A DNA stretch of 62,436 bases, filler included, from Sphacelaria rigidula (taxonomy: Eukaryota), in assembly GCA_964200075.2 (NCBI GenBank). It is 6 parts of 6 records of this genome, joined end to end, with 100 filler letters (N's around TTAATTAATTAA, not from the genome) between each part and the next. Parts side by side here need not be neighbours in the genome. Positions count along the whole stretch, not along the records: positions 31,272 to 41,594 come from CAXNAA020006722.1; positions 41,695 to 52,016 come from CAXNAA020006723.1; 4 more parts are not named here. One strand, given 5' to 3'. The notes beneath the pieces were generated by a model. That model had not been told where the DNA came from, did no database searches, and saw only the letters and a program-made list of their open reading frames with translations. Below are positions 36,349 to 51,500 of this stretch, in pieces; positions within the stretch are counted from its first letter, which is position 1; every line of letters starts with the position of its first letter. The position numbers were made by a program, and so were the translations under genes.

Positions 36349-39300
36349 TTTTGCAGTTAGTGTTGGGTATGAAATACTGGGAGCTGCTGGTAACTGGGTT
36401 GGGAACGACTGATAATGAGGGTGTGCATAGCGAGCACGTGCTCTGAGCGAAGTTTTTTTTTTCAACGCTGTTGATGGACGCCTCCGTACACGGGGGACGT
36501 ACGCCACAGATTTTTTTCGGACTTGCGCTGTTTAGTTGATTTCTGTTTCGGTTTAATAAATTGCACAATCCAGCACAAAAGTTCGCGAAATGACTCCATG
36601 TGTGATGAATTGATAGAGCGGAGAGAGCGATGCTGCGGTCACAAGTTAAGCGTATATGCCAGGCGATATGCACGAGTTCCTCACCTTGGCGCAGCACCAG
36701 TATATATTTTCGAAAAATAGTTCGTGATTATCGTTTAGTTCCAATTTAGTTCTCACCTGGTTCTATAAGTATTTCGAAACTTATTCCTTCATTTTTTTGT
36801 TGCCTCTTTTGTACTGCACTGTTGTCGTACAGCTGTGCATTTCCGGCACGGCACACGCAGGAGCGGTAACGAAGGCCAAAGCGATTATGTTACAGCCACA
36901 GAGTTCACTATTCAGGAAATCTGTTGTCAGTGAACCATCTCTCTCGGGAACCTTTCGTCCTGAATTGCAGGAACAACAGGGTGATGAAATTCTGCTCGCA
37001 TTCTCTGTGCTAGGCCTCGCTGCTGGCCCTGCCACCTCCGCACTAGGCAGGGCACCGACGGAAGAGAGGGGCAGCTTCAGTACGGCGAGCGGCAGTGGGC
37101 AGTCGATGGGTAGAAAAGGAGGGTGGCTTTCGTCTCTGAACACTGTCGTGGCTGGTGGAGACAGGCAGGAGAGGATGCAGCAGGAGGTTGTTCTGTGAGT
37201 GGATGATGCCATGTTTTTGCGGAGGTTGATGTTGTGGTGAAGCTATTGGAACTGTTGTTGGTCAACACACTCACGGCCGTGGGCTGCCGCGGTGGAAGAA
37301 TTGAGATGTGTGTCATGCTCGATTGTAGTCCCATGGTCGTTGCGCTGGTGCTGGCCGGGCGGCCTTGCCGGTACATATGACCATCGCTGATGAAGCCAGG
37401 CAAGGCAATAGGGGTTTGGCCAATAAGATGCCCCTGGGCGGTTTTATTGGATGGCGGCGTGTCGCCTGCAAAAAATGCGGTCAGACTTGGAATAACCCAA
37501 TGTGCACTCACCCGCCCTCTCACAAGGAGGTGCATAGCCTCCGCGACGAGCGCTATACTGAATCAAATGCAGCAGACCATGATCGACCTTTGCATGAGAT
37601 AAGAAAGTCCTGATGCCTGGTTACTTATGAGAGGGCAGGTACTGTACTGTACTGTACTGTACTGTTCGAACGCCGTACTTTGGTACGCTGTATAACACCC
37701 TCGCGTTCGAGGAGAAGCATGAGCATTAGCATTTATCAAACGCAAGTATAAAAGCAACGTGAAATCAAACGTCTGGCCCGCCTCACTCTTCTACTGGTGA
37801 CCCCTGCGACGCAATTCTCTCGTTGATGATGTGAAATTCCTACTACATTGTAAAAAAAAAGGAGAGAAAGTGACATGCGACGTGGAGTGAGCAGTGTTGT
37901 ATGAACAACACACAAACGAAACCCCGGGAAGAAAGCTTCAAGTAGTCCACGCCTGCTGCTCCGCCATTTGTCACACCGTGATGCCCTGTTTTATCTTTCA
38001 TTCGACGAATGGGAGTTAGACTATCAGCTTAGCTTCTTTGGTGCCCGAGGTCGGTGCTTGAGTCATCAGTCGAACAGGCTTTTGGTGAGATTCGGGGTGT
38101 GGTGTTTTTCATGGAACAGGAGAGGTAGTCAACGCCTCTGCAGGAACCGGGGATCGGAACTGAGATGCCCATGGCCACGCACATGGTGGTTGCCCATCAT
38201 TCCCCATGCGAGAAACCACCAGCACGTTGGCCATGACGAGTGGATCATGACGGGCGATCGCGGCGGCAGCAGTATATTCTGTAGGTTCACCAGTTTGTAC
38301 AAGCGATCGTCTGCGGGCGCCCCGTTACGGGTTGTCTCGCAAGAAATGGTGGGCGACCACCGCCTACTCAAAAAGTCACGCAGAAACATCCACGACACCA
38401 CCTCCCCCGACAGTCCCACGACGAAGTGTGAATGTAGAGCTAATCGTGTCTGCTGAAAGCTAGCCAGTGCTATCGGGCGAGCCACAGACCCAGGTATACC
38501 TGGACGTTTTCCGGCCACAATTAGGTACAGGCCGACCCCAAACACAAACGCCTGAGTCTGCGGCCATGTTATTGGCCGAAACCGCCGCATACTACCTAGT
38601 CTTGGCGAGAGAGGCCGCAGGTTACGTACACGTGATTGTCCCAAACTGGCGGGGGTCGGCAAGCATGGATTTTTGCGCACGAATTTTTGTTCAGCAGCTG
38701 ATCTCGAAACCTCGGAGCCAAGCGAATCTGAAAAGCAGACTAGGCATCCCTCTGTGGGATGATGTAAAGTGTCCGAAACGGGTGTTGGCGCTTTTCCCCG
38801 TTTGGGGGTCAAAAGGTGGGTCAACCGTCTCAAAAGTGAACAATCCGTGGTCCAAAAATCTGTTTGCCATAACATCCGGCCTAAGACACGCCCTCAGACA
38901 CGGCCATAAAAAAATCGACTCGATAACAAGCGGCGGAAACGAACGAAGGGGCACATGACTTCTATGTATCAGACAACCATGCTAGGTACCACCCTTCCAC
39001 AAAACTATGCAAAACCTAGATGGTTCGTTCACAGCTACCAACTCAACCCTGCAGCATATATCACGAACTGAGCATGGGGATGCATACACTGCAGTGATGG
39101 GGAACGGCCACCACCACCCCCTTGGCATGTTGTGTTTCTTTTTTGTTGGCGAAAACCTGGGAATCTAATTTTGTGGTGGGGTCCACCGACGGAGTTGCGT
39201 GGTGGGGTGGTCGACCGAATTGCGAACACGCTCATGGACAGTAAACGTAGTGCAAAACTACACGCGGTTGAGATCTTCTTCACACCCTCCTGTAAACAGA

Positions 39301-39449
39301 GAATACAGACAGCTCTCCTCTGCTGTCTGTATGTCACGTTGCCCGTTGCCCCCTTCTTTTCCACATCGCGCCTGCATGTACGAAGCACACCACGGTTCAG
39401 AGGAATCATCGCTCGTTCGAATCACCAAATCCACGATTTCTTAGGCCTG

Positions 39450-39600
39450 ATTGATCGAAAAAGATTAATAAAAAGTCGATCGCTGGTCAAACAGGTCTCC
39501 ACGCAACTAATGCGCCATTCCACGTGCCTGGATTGCACGTACCTGGGTTGCAACGCTGAAAACAAAGCGTAAGGATTTATTCGTACGGTACGAATCAATC
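39450..39600 (+). repeat. Degenerate interspersed repeat shared with ~11080-11225
   Basis: Common tgggKtgcaacgctgaaaaYaaag..aaggat core and upstream tgatcg..a motif. Confidence 0.5.
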
Positions 39601-41594
39601 ACATTAAAATCGAGTGATTTCCGGACGAATCAATGATTCGTCCGACCCTTGAAATACACACACTCTGCAGACAGTACAGACAGTACTCAGACGGCGTACC
39701 GTTTTCTGTATTGAACAGAAGTAAACAAGTACCGCTTCACGAATTTCGCTCAGCTTTTTTTATCCAAAGCGGGTAATTTCACTCGGACCCAAACACAGCA
39801 AAACGAACTGAGTCAATTCCGCCACACGAACTCGTTCGAGTCGAAAACAAAAGGATAAGACACGGTCCAACTACAACGGCAAACACCGCAGACTATAAAA
39901 AAACGGATCATGCGTGGGGGTTGGCATGTCGCAACAGACGCGCCCAGACTGACAGTGAAAACAGCACCGTTACTGACGTTTAGAGTGTGCGTTGCTGCCT
40001 CGTGTTCGGCATGTACTGCGCCTTACTGTCCGCACATGCGTAGGTACGTACATTGTACACTGAACAAGCGCTTGTCATGGACGACGCCATAATAGCGGTG
40101 CTAGTTTACCGTCTGCTCTCCCGCCTCGATGAGTTCCCGTCGATTGTGGTGTGCTTTTTTTGCGTGCGCGCCTCTTTCGGGGGGTCTTTGGCGTGCATGA
40201 CTTGTATATCGCGGTCAAACACGGCATGACGGTGGTAGCCGAGTCTCCGCACGCAAGAGTCAGACTTCGTTTAGAGATCGGAACACATCCCGTACTTCCG
40301 GACATGTTTACCCTGCGAGGTAGTAGAAAGAAGACGAGCTCGAAAGTGTACGGCCATCGATGTTTTGCTACTGTTGAGAGGGCAAAATTATGGTATTCAG
40401 CGCCTGCGAATCCGCCACAAAACAGGTACACTTTCCGCAAGGTTCAGGTACGGTAGGAGAGAAGACGACAGAGTCAGGGGTACCTGTGGTCTTCCTCGCC
40501 ACTGCAGGGAATGGAGCAGTTTAGGCCAATCACACGGCCGTAGATTGAGGCGATTTTATATTGGTACGGCTTGTGCCTGTTCGTGGCCGGGAAACGCTCG
40601 GGTATACCTGGATCTGTCGCTCGTCCATTCGCTTGTGAACTCCTGTAAAACGCCCACGTCTCAGCGGCGCCCTCCGTCTGCTAACGCCCAACCAATCGGT
40701 CATTTTCCAGTATCAACGAAAATAGTTTGCCCGCGTGGCTTGTTGACACCCATGTACTGCGATCAAACTAGCATGCGCGCTCCAAAGGCTGAGGTTCACC
40801 CTTTTGACTGTACGCCTCCTCTCGGAATAGTAATTTCGCTGAGAGTCCCGTGGCTGAAGACCGGACGGAGGGATGGGAAGGATTTAAGCTGGGCTATCCT
40901 CGTTTTTCTCCTGAGTAATAATTTAAAAATCAATATATCACCCACACGTCCAGTACCGTAGCAAATTTCTCGAGATACCATATGACGACGAGGCCCCCAG
41001 CTGTTGGAACTATTCTAGCGGAATCTTTTTTCTCAAGTCAACACCAAGGAAGGAGTAAGATATCCCTACGGCAATACTGCGTCGTGAACCGAACGGCGAC
41101 ATGAGCCGCGATACGTCTTCTGTACGGTGAATGAGTTGGTTGTCCGTGACATAAGATCGGCACGCAATTTATGGAACCCGTTACGCCGCAGGGTGTGTTA
41201 GTTTTTCTCGAACTTTGCCCTCATCGTAGTATTTGAGCTATCATACGATGAGGTTTGGTCGAAGGTTCTCTTACCGTAATACCATTTACAGCCGACTGAT
41301 GCCGCCAGAGCCCCCCCCCCCCAGAAAAGTGACGGGTTTAAGGAGGCAAAATCCATATGTGAATCAATATGACGCAGACCGACCACACCGCGCAGCTGGG
41401 AATTCTCAAGCTTGCGAACGTTTTTGCCAATGTCGCCCGTATGAGGAGCGTCATGCAGTCTGAAACCAGCCATCATGCGCTGTATATCCATTCCCTTGGT
41501 GATAAATTTGGGGCTGATTTCGGGAGGGGGGGGAGATGTACTCACGATCATGCATGCCATAGTCATCAGACCATTGACCTCGCATCCCTACAAA

Positions 41595-41694
41595 NNNNNN
41601 NNNNNNNNNNNNNNNNNNNNNNNNNNNNNNNNNNNNNNTTAATTAATTAANNNNNNNNNNNNNNNNNNNNNNNNNNNNNNNNNNNNNNNNNNNN
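41595..41694. other. Artificial contig linker
   Basis: 44 N + TTAATTAATTAA + 44 N. Confidence 0.98.
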
Positions 41695-42597
41695 CATTCA
41701 CACACTACGTAGAACTATCATCCCCATTGTGCGGAGTTGAGGTTCTCCCACGCCGCACAACATGATCTAGCTCGATAACCATCATGGTTACCGGGAAAAA
41801 AAGCGCAAGCGCGCAAAAATTCCCAATAACCTGGTTGCTTAGCTTACGCAGTGAGTGGCGTGTTTTACAGCGTCATCGCCAACCGACGCCAACCCCATCG
41901 GGGGTCCGCCCCTACAAAGCCGGGACGGAGCACGCTGGGTTCTCGCCGGACCAGGCTGTGGGGGGGAGGGGGGGGCGGGGGGCGTACTCATTTGTTGCTT
42001 GCCAGGCTGGGGGGCGGACTATCATGGATTGGCGCAGCACGGAGTGGGAAGCACGATTGCGCAGTGGATACGAGGACACGTGCAGATGGTGGTGCTAATA
42101 ACAATCGAAATACACTGATTTTTCTCGTCATGAGTTTTCTGAGACACTGAGACACACGCTTTGTCGGTTAGCCCTTTCCTCGAGTTTTCCTCCGTGAGAA
42201 TATACGTGATCCATGTTACTCGAGGCACGTCTTCCTTTTGATCACGGCAAAACTTCTAGCAGATTAGCAGATTTTGCGATCATCAATCAACCAATCAACC
42301 AATCAACCAATCAACCAACCGATGCTGATGCCACGCAAGAACCGCACGTGGGTCCGCTCGGAGAATACACAGCAAAATGGATGGGAACAGCAAGCGCGTT
42401 CGAAGAAGTGACGAATGATTCCGTCTAAAAAGCATTCGAGTGCCTCAGAATTCATCGAGTCACCCGCACGCAATATTTGTCCTGTTGAACAGTGCTGAAT
42501 CTCGCGTCACGCTTGCTTCGAAATGATAGAAAAAGAAACTGCTGGTGAGCCTCATCATCAACATTGATCTTACGCGCAGCGAGATTACCGTCGATAC

Positions 42598-45500
42598 CTG
42601 ACATGATTTACGGAAGTCCCCACGAAAATCGGCCTGCAAAATCCCCAGTCTGAGCGCAACCGCGGCCCTCAGGGCGGCGTCATCGGCATTTAGCACCCAT
42701 AGGCAGGCGTTGATCGTTTCCAAGGAGAGAAGGAGGGCGTCCTGTAACGGCCCGGAATTTGTGTGCGTCGTGCGGAAAGCTGTAAACTTGGCTTCAGCTA
42801 GTGCACAGCGAGACGACTCCCATCGCTAGAATTTGCCTCATGAGATATGGTCTCGGTACATGTTATGTTGTTTTGAGTCCTCACGAGTGCCTGTCACAAA
42901 CGCTCTAGAACGTCGACAGATTGGAACCGCGACCTGTCTTCCTGCATCACCGACGACCGTTGTGAACCAAGGGTGTTATTATTGCCCACCAACGCAATCG
43001 GGTATTCCGCTGCAGATCCGGTTCACACGACTGAATTCGAAGCTGATGCATGTCATAACCCGGTGAAACGAAATCTGGACTTCGAAGATACTTGTGGCGG
43101 ATCGGGAAAGGATTCTAGCGTAGAGACGGATCTCGCCTTTCTAATGGGGTACAGCGTGATCATTGCCAATTGCACAACGATTGAATGTACTTCACCCATT
43201 AGTGGCATACTGTTCCGCCAAGGCGGAAGGAATTCTCAGCGTGCTTATGCCTGTGGTCGATTATGATTAATTTTGAACAGTTGCATCCAGAATGACGCCG
43301 ATACCCCTGGTTATGCCTGTCTTTCGGTCGGAATGTCCGCTTTTTAGTAAACGTTCACGACTGTCACGAAATTTGGCCGTTTCATTTAAGGAAAAATGCG
43401 CGATACGCGGAGTTCACGCGAGACTTACTAGCAAAGAACGATCCACGTCCACGCCCATTGGCATCGTGTCCACAGCATGAAGTAAGGTTTCCAGGTACGG
43501 CTCCAGTACCGACGTTGCAGCATCCAACAGGGAGTCTCCGAGAATTTCTACCACGTGACGGTACGGACCGAATAGCGCCTGGACATCATGCATATTTGAG
43601 TGAGCACAAGAGAGAACGTGGACTATCTTTGAAAAGATATACACGCTGTGGTGGATCATATTGCACTGGTCCAATACTACACAGCGTGTCAAAATTGCAT
43701 CAACCCCTGCGGAAAGCGTAACAGCGAAAACGTGAGTATTCTTATATGATCATCGTGTACGCGAGAATATCTAATTTTCTGAAGATACTTGAGAGGGGAT
43801 CACAAAGCGTCGCCACCGGCTGGAGTAGTCATCAGTGAGGAAAAAATGACGGGAGAACATATTCTCCCTGATCGAAAGAGGACATAGTCATATCACCTAC
43901 CAAATTTAGCAGCTGTAAACTCTGCTGTTGTTGAGCTTCTCTCGAACTTCCAGAGCTACCCCCCGAGTGCTACTTTGTAGCAGGATTCAATGTTTCACCA
44001 TCATACTGCATCCGAACATTTTTCGGAGCGATGGCTCTCGTCTCACCTTGCGAATGATATGAACCACTCCCAGGAGAGGAGCCAAATTGACTCTAACGGC
44101 ACCCATGCCTTCGCCGTGAGCCGGAAGTTCAACGACCTGAGGTAGAGGAGTGACCCTTTTGTTGCGTCATCTTGTCTGTGCAAAAAACGGTACTTGAAAA
44201 GTACGCGCATCTATGATGGCTACAAGTATGCAACCTTCCGTTGACTAGGATACGGTGAGAAGATGTGCGCGTGGGGTGCTTGTTCAGGATGTGCGCGGAT
44301 CCTCGGGGTGCCATTTGACGGCAGCAAGGATATCAGCTCGAGTGAACCGAGGCCTGTATCTGGCAAGTCGCTCATAGCCAACCACGTATCTATATTAAAT
44401 CCAGCGTGCGATTCGAATGGTGTAACCATATCGTCGCGTATGGTTCCAGGTGATCGTCGTCATCACCCACCTCAGCGGGCCTGGACATGGTCTCTTGCAG
44501 TGCTTCCTCATCTGCGCCGGAATCAACCCCGAACTTCCCTGCCCCGCCCCGCCCCCGGGGGTGCTGGCCTTCATTTTGATATGATGTCTTGGCATCTGCG
44601 TCACCGTCGTGAATAACGTCGCCACCTCCTGCATCTAAGTAAACGATTGATGCAGGGGGAAGAACGCAAGGTCCAAAGACTTACTGTGTCAAGATAACAA
44701 TTTCGTGTTTCCTCCAGTCCAGATGCCATTGGTCTCGCTCCGTCCACATGCTATTGTTTCACCTCTTACCCCCATTCAGTCGGAAGCGATGGGATTTCCC
44801 AGCATACCGGCAAATAACAGGTCATTCATTCCCGGGTGCGCAATTCCAGGTACACGTTGACGAAGTGCCTATGTTTCGTCTCCCCTCCCTCTGTCGTTGA
44901 ACCGCTTACTTGGTACAGGCTTAGCTTTCGGGCTTCGTTTCAGCCCGCCTCGCGACGCCCCCTGCGTGTCCGGCTTATCTTTCCACATGGGGAGGCGCGC
45001 GCATGAAGTCCACAGGAAGATCTCGAACCTGATGAACACACAGAGTTGAATGAATAAAGGTGGTTTGAGGCACTCTCAAAATCTGTACATACGGGGATCT
45101 CATCGTTGGGATCGCAAATGGTTGTCGGCATGAAAATGTATAGAATCCCACCTACCCGCGTACACAGACCTACCCCACCTTGTGATCAAAAGCAGAGGCC
45201 TCACCGTGGAATCTGAAATGGCCATCACACCTCTCATGAAACACGACCGGAGCGAGATGAGTACCCATCGCTCTTTCTCGCTCTCTGACGGGTGTTGGCT
45301 CTCACCAGTATGTGCTCCTCTCCTCTCTAGATAGGTGACTGTTAGCGTCGCGCAAACGTTTCTTTGCCCCTGGCACTAAATTGTTCCAGCAGTCCAGCTC
45401 CCCCAGTCGATACATATCTCGTAAAACCTGCATCTGCAGAGTTGAAGATATATCGAAGCAACGGCAGAGAACAATCCGAAGTAGGGCGACAACCTGAAAC

Positions 45501-48500
45501 ATACCAGGTGCGTATTGGTAAGGGAACGTTTGATGGCCGGTATACTGGCCTCGAACTCAGAGTCGGTCGTATATACGAAATAGACACCGCAGCAAACCGT
45601 GTATACCAGTGCACGGCAAACTCGTGGACGGGGGAGCGGGGAATGCATTGTTATGGGTTGTTTTCGTATGAAATCTGCTGCTAGAGATTGCCTCTGAGTA
45701 GGGCGGAGTTTCGACTGGCACTCATCCAAACACTTGGCTCTACCCAAGGGAACAGAGAAAGAGGAATGCGAGCTTTGGACGCGGCTGTAGTGTTTGTAGT
45801 CCAGGGATACCTCTTGATCAATCTCCAGCGCGAAGGGCTTCGCCGCTGTACTTTCATTCGGATCGTCTTTTCCATCTAGCTCGGCGCCTTCCCCTGCGTC
45901 CGCATTGTCCACCGCAGGTTCTTGAGTTTCAGTAGCCTGTTGATCGTTTTCCGCAGACTTATCTTCAACGACCAGGAACGATGCGATCATATTGCACACG
46001 ACGGCGGCATCTTTTGTCGATAGAAGTACATGTCCCCGCAGAGGACCCCGGGCGCGCCCTAATAGTTCGAGTAGCGCTTTGGGTTGCTGTTCGACACGAG
46101 GCACCTGGTGTTGGCGGTTCATTGAGATATGCGTGGCGGGCGGCATACGCGAGTGAAAAAATATAGATAACTCAGCGTCGCGTTTTGGATAACCCCTTTC
46201 TGTACGACGTAAGATCTATTTTCGGTGTGTTCCAAAGTTCCCCCAGACTATGCGCACTTCTTCGGTCCCGTCATTATCCAAAGCTTCCTCCGCGAGGAAA
46301 AGCAAGAACGAGAATTCACGATTGAAGAATAGAGTACACAGTGTCCTCGAATATAACTTCTCTTGTCACCCTCCGAAGTTGAAATCACCCCGTCAGCATT
46401 GTTCTCACGAAACATGGGGTCCCTCATCTAGTGGTACACTACATTGCATGCCCTTTCCATGCAGCGTCAACGTCAGTGGTCACTATGTGATGCAGGTAAA
46501 GTAAGTACATATGTGAAAAACGAGTCGGGCTTGCGAACCTCCCACTCCCCACGTCCTTGATTAAAATTTTACTTATCCGTGAACATTCCCTCATATCTCT
46601 CCGACTATCAAGCATTTGATTTGACCTTTTGCCGCAACGTCAGTCAAGAGGACAATACGGGGATTCGATGTACCGTCGTGTGAAATACCTCCTCGACTGT
46701 AGACTCCGCAGTTGACACCTGGCTGATGATGCAGCCGCCTGTACTACAGTGCATTTTTCTCCTTCTGCGGCGAATATCAGGTACAAACTAAGCGCATTCT
46801 ACCTTCGCCACGATATCGTCCGGTAATTTGACTGCACACAAATGCGAGAGGGTGGACATCGCAGTCACAATTCCGATCAGCTCACGTGCTTGGCCAAGTG
46901 AGCCTTGAGAGCCTCCTCGGTGAGCTCGCTGTCGCCTTCAGCTGCTACGTCGCCTCCGCTTTCTTTTTCTCCTGCAGGAGAACCGACGCCAGCTCTCGCT
47001 TTTGAAGACACGGCAACGAGAACGGCGTACTTGAAATCCAATAGCCGAAGATCCTCTTCCGCCGCATCCAAGGCATCGATGACGTGTGCAGGGACCGGCG
47101 GATCAATTTCCTCCTGCCGACGCAGCTCCAATACCTTTGCGTTCGGAAGCAAATGAAATTATGCGAGGCGGTGGACAATGTAAAACGACATTCGACGGTC
47201 AGACCCTACGTCAATCATGCCGAACCGCTGTAGTCTAATTGTACAAGTACCCCACCAGAATTGCTCGTGTTACGAGAGAATGGATGGAATGTGCTGGGAT
47301 TCGCGGGTTCATTCCACGTTGGTGGGGCAACAATCACACTTCTGCGTTCTCGCGAAATGAACTTGTTGAGAGGAAAGGGGGCGCAGACATCCTCTTTCGG
47401 CCTCTCGGCACCATGGACGCCGTTTACATATGGCGAACAATACACACACATTCTGCCATCTACGCTGAAACCTGTGTTCAACTTGCAAGCATGCGTGTGT
47501 CGTTCGTTTTTTCCATCCTTGTCCAGCTAAGCATCTGGATGCCTGTGGGCTCGAACAAATATCGCCGCAGTACACGGGCAGGAGCACGTCGCCGCCATGT
47601 GCCAGCTACCCTGAAACGTCTGTGCATTATTCGTGGTTGGTTGGTTTTCATCATTCCACGGTGACGCAGCTCCGCCCCCGCCCCCCCCCCCGAATGAATG
47701 CAACTTTTATAGCTATCCTGGTACGTATCCGAACTTGGCGACAGGTCATTTCGATGGGATGATGGTACCGTGAAACACTGACAACCACTGCTACCCCAAA
47801 CATTCTGATCCGGAACCTGTGCCTTGTCACAGCTAGAACCAGGTTGGCGCTTTTGATCCGGCCCTTTCTTGCATACAGAGCCGGTCGACCCAGTGGCTCG
47901 TTTGGTAACCTCGAACCCTTCCGACGGTTGAGTCGTGGGTTCGAATCTTGGTGCAGTCACACGATCTCGGGATTTGTTGTCACACGATGCTCATCAGTGA
48001 AGAGCGACGATGTCGTGGGTACACAAAATTCGACTTCACGGTCGACGAGGGACAGGGACCGCTGACCCCCTCCCGTGATAAAAAATTAAGGCAAGCACCG
48101 CAAAAGGAAGGGAGAGTACTAAAATGAAAGGGAGGCTCCTGTGTTGGTCTTCCTCCTGTGTGACCCCGGCTGATGCGCCCACATACACCGAAAGGTATAG
48201 ACTGGCGTCCGGAGTAGACGGGAAGGCAATCCACACACACACACGTCCCAGGCGCCGCGCCCCGGTAATACAACTGTTACATCGTAGAACTAGCTTACGC
48301 GGAGAAAGGGAGTTCGAGTCCCAGCAGATACAAAAATGTACGTTTTTTCCTCTTGGGGAATATTTGATCTTTGTCGTTGAAAGATCTGAGCACGTGAGCA
48401 GCGAAAACAACTCGACGAGAGCCGATACGTTGTGGGAGTGCTGATAGTCATGACCCAATACGCGATACCAAAATGTAAGGTTTTTACCCGGGGTAATAAC

Positions 48501-51500
48501 GGGCTGATCCCTCTAGACTACGGACACGTCTCGAGGAAGGGGAGATCTGGAATGTGTGACGAGAAAAACAGATCCCGTGCTTCGCACGTTGGTGTTCTCA
48601 CGTCCCACACATACACTTATTTTATATTAACCAACTGTCTGTGCTACCCACGTCGTGCGGGAAAAATAGAATATGACGAACGCATTTGCCGTGTGGGTGT
48701 AGTCCCTACTTCCACCGCTTCTAGAGCACAGACTCATTCGGGACACATGGATATCCACACGATGTCTCCCGTCTCACATGCTATTACCTGTACATTGAGC
48801 AACGCCACCTCAAAGTACACACCAGTTGTGCACGCTTACTGCCTTCAGCGGGGCCGCCGACCGTGCGTTAAGAAACAAGTAACCCCTAGCGCGAGTCAGG
48901 TCTCGTTTGATGGGCTCAGAAATACCCCTCAATCTGCGATCAGTGGCCACCAGGGTGTAGTGGTACCTGATACTGTTGATAGCTACCTCTATCCAAGTGT
49001 AATGTACCTTGGTATACATCCATCCATCCACGCTGCAGTATTACGTTCATCTTGTGACTACGGCCGAACCCTTCAGGGGTCAGATAAATGTACGACAACT
49101 CGTCAAATCAATCGATCAAGCAGCTAGTACCCTTTCAACGAGTATCTTTTCAACGAGTACCTTTTCGATGGCGTGCCCGGCGCACTTGGCGGCAGCTTCG
49201 GGCTTCCCGGCGTCCTCAAAGGCGTAGCAAGTCGCAACCGCTAAACGCGTCCTCCACGGTAGATGCTACCGTTGTCAAAACAGCAATGAAAGTAACCACG
49301 AACACAGGTGACGCGATATTTGAAGTACAAAGAACTATATGAACGGTAGTGCGGTAAGTCAATGTCTCCCGTGCATGCATTGTACTGCTCTCTTAAAGGC
49401 CTCAATTTTGTTTGTTTTGGTAACGCGCGAGGCACAAATAGGTGCGGCCGACGATCAGTCCAGATCTGTTTCGCGCTGTATGGCCCATGTCCCAATACTT
49501 TGTGACAACTGGAATAAAACGGCACACGCTTGCATGTTCCTATTTACAAGAGTGTCGTCAAATATTTTTACATGACATGGATCGTTTTCCGTCAAAGGGT
49601 CCACTGATATCGCCTCGAGCAAGTGCACACTGCTATGGAATAATGACACAAAAATCTTATTCATCACTTCAACAGTCACAATCCCTCGTTAGGGGTATTT
49701 GTTCGAACGCTGTGTGGGGGGAAGGAGTGCGCACCTGATCATGAGTTCCTATCACCCCCGTCATCATCGAAAAAGATCCGGAACTGCCGGTGACTCAGTG
49801 CTATGAAATTGTATAGCGTCGTGGAAAAGACTTGAGAAGTCGAGAATACTGGTGATCCAGACGGGGTGCACGAAGATGTCGTAGTACCCCGAGGCAATCC
49901 GAAACACAGTATTCACTACGTGTCCCTCATCGGTGGTTGACTCTTCATCCCAATCACGAGCTGCTGTTGACTCACCTTGACCGTACTGAGGTTGACAATA
50001 CTTTCTGAGGCGAGGTTGGCCCATGCAAGAAATTCCGAAAGTGCACCACCGTGTCCCTTGATCGTCAAAGGCTCGCACCACTCAAACAACTGGATAGCTC
50101 CTTCATGGACCAGCCATGCTATTGCACCGTGCGTCTCCTGACCAAAGCGAGGAATGGAGGATATTCAACTTCGAGCGTGATCTCTTCCTTTGTAGTTCTG
50201 TTGCTTCGATCTTGTTGGATAACAATGTCAGAGTACTTTGACTTTTTTTCGCTTACTCATACAACTTGGTCAGTTATTTGACACCTGGTTTGACGAAACA
50301 TGGTACTCAGGAATCATGTAGAATCGCCATGTAATTGATATAGTACTCTGACGTGAATTGACGCTCGCATTCGATGAGAGGATAAACGACGATGTCGACC
50401 CAATGGTCATGAACCGATGAGGACTACGCTCTCATGAGCACAAGAAAGCACATCCAAATAAGCACTGTTTAGATGAGCCCAGTGGTCTATACAAGTCTGT
50501 CATCTAAGGTTTTATCGATGGTAGAGGCGTATGCGGAAGACGTGGCTTGCCGACCCCATTGCCAAATATTTCCACAGTAAGCTTGCTCTCTGTATTGGAC
50601 TGTGAGTCCGAAGCTGGGAAAAGAGGAACGACAAAAAGATCGACCCGCCGGTGAAGCAGCATGCGACATGGTACCACCTCATAGGTGAAAATGACGTGAA
50701 AAGCCGGTAGCCGCAAAGTGTAACAGAGCATCATGCAGGGCGGGACACAATAATATCCATAGGCCAGTCTACAAAGCTTCACGTAGTGCATGGATGACTT
50801 TACTTGGCGTGCTCCGGTGCGTTGTGGGATGTACGCTCACTGCGATCATAGCTGTACCCTTTTCTACTCAGAAAATGTCAAGATGGCGCTCACGAGACGG
50901 TTGCAAGAGACACAGTGCTCGAAAGTCAAGTGGTGACTATTTACCTAGCCGAGGACATCTTTCATTCGCATTCCCTTGTTGAAGTGTGTGAGGAGAAATA
51001 AAAACATGTCATCTATTTTTTCCTTTCGCGTTTCCGGTGAAGATTAGACACGTGTCTGTTCCAAACCTTGGGCTGACGAAGCAGGCGTTCCATGCCACAC
51101 TGGATTCTCCGCAAGTGCGCGACAATCCTTCCCAGAGTCGAAGGGAACCGTATGTGCGGGTCGCGTACAAGGACCGTTTCTGTTCATGAAAAAACGGGGA
51201 AACAGTATTCTGTAATCATGCCATCGATAGCACGTCACCGACTCCTCGCGCCAGCCACCACGCATAAGCCTTGTCAGAAACGTTCTAGTCCGTGCAAACA
51301 AAAACGTGCTAAGAATATCAAGGACTGCAAAGCGATTCCCGCTTCCTCCACTGTAATGGTCCAACCGTGTACCCGCCAGCTCGCCAGGCGTACCCGGATG
51401 AACTATTAGTGAGCGTTGAGTGCGACTGAACAGTTTCGAACAGTACGCCACCATTATCCCACCCAGCGACTGAGGGTATCAGTCGATCGTGATGAGCATC

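Noticed and set aside
46250..46835. Additional micro-exon candidates inside CFAP54 introns
   Set aside because: The flanking exons already join in phase with sensible sequence, and nothing requires these.
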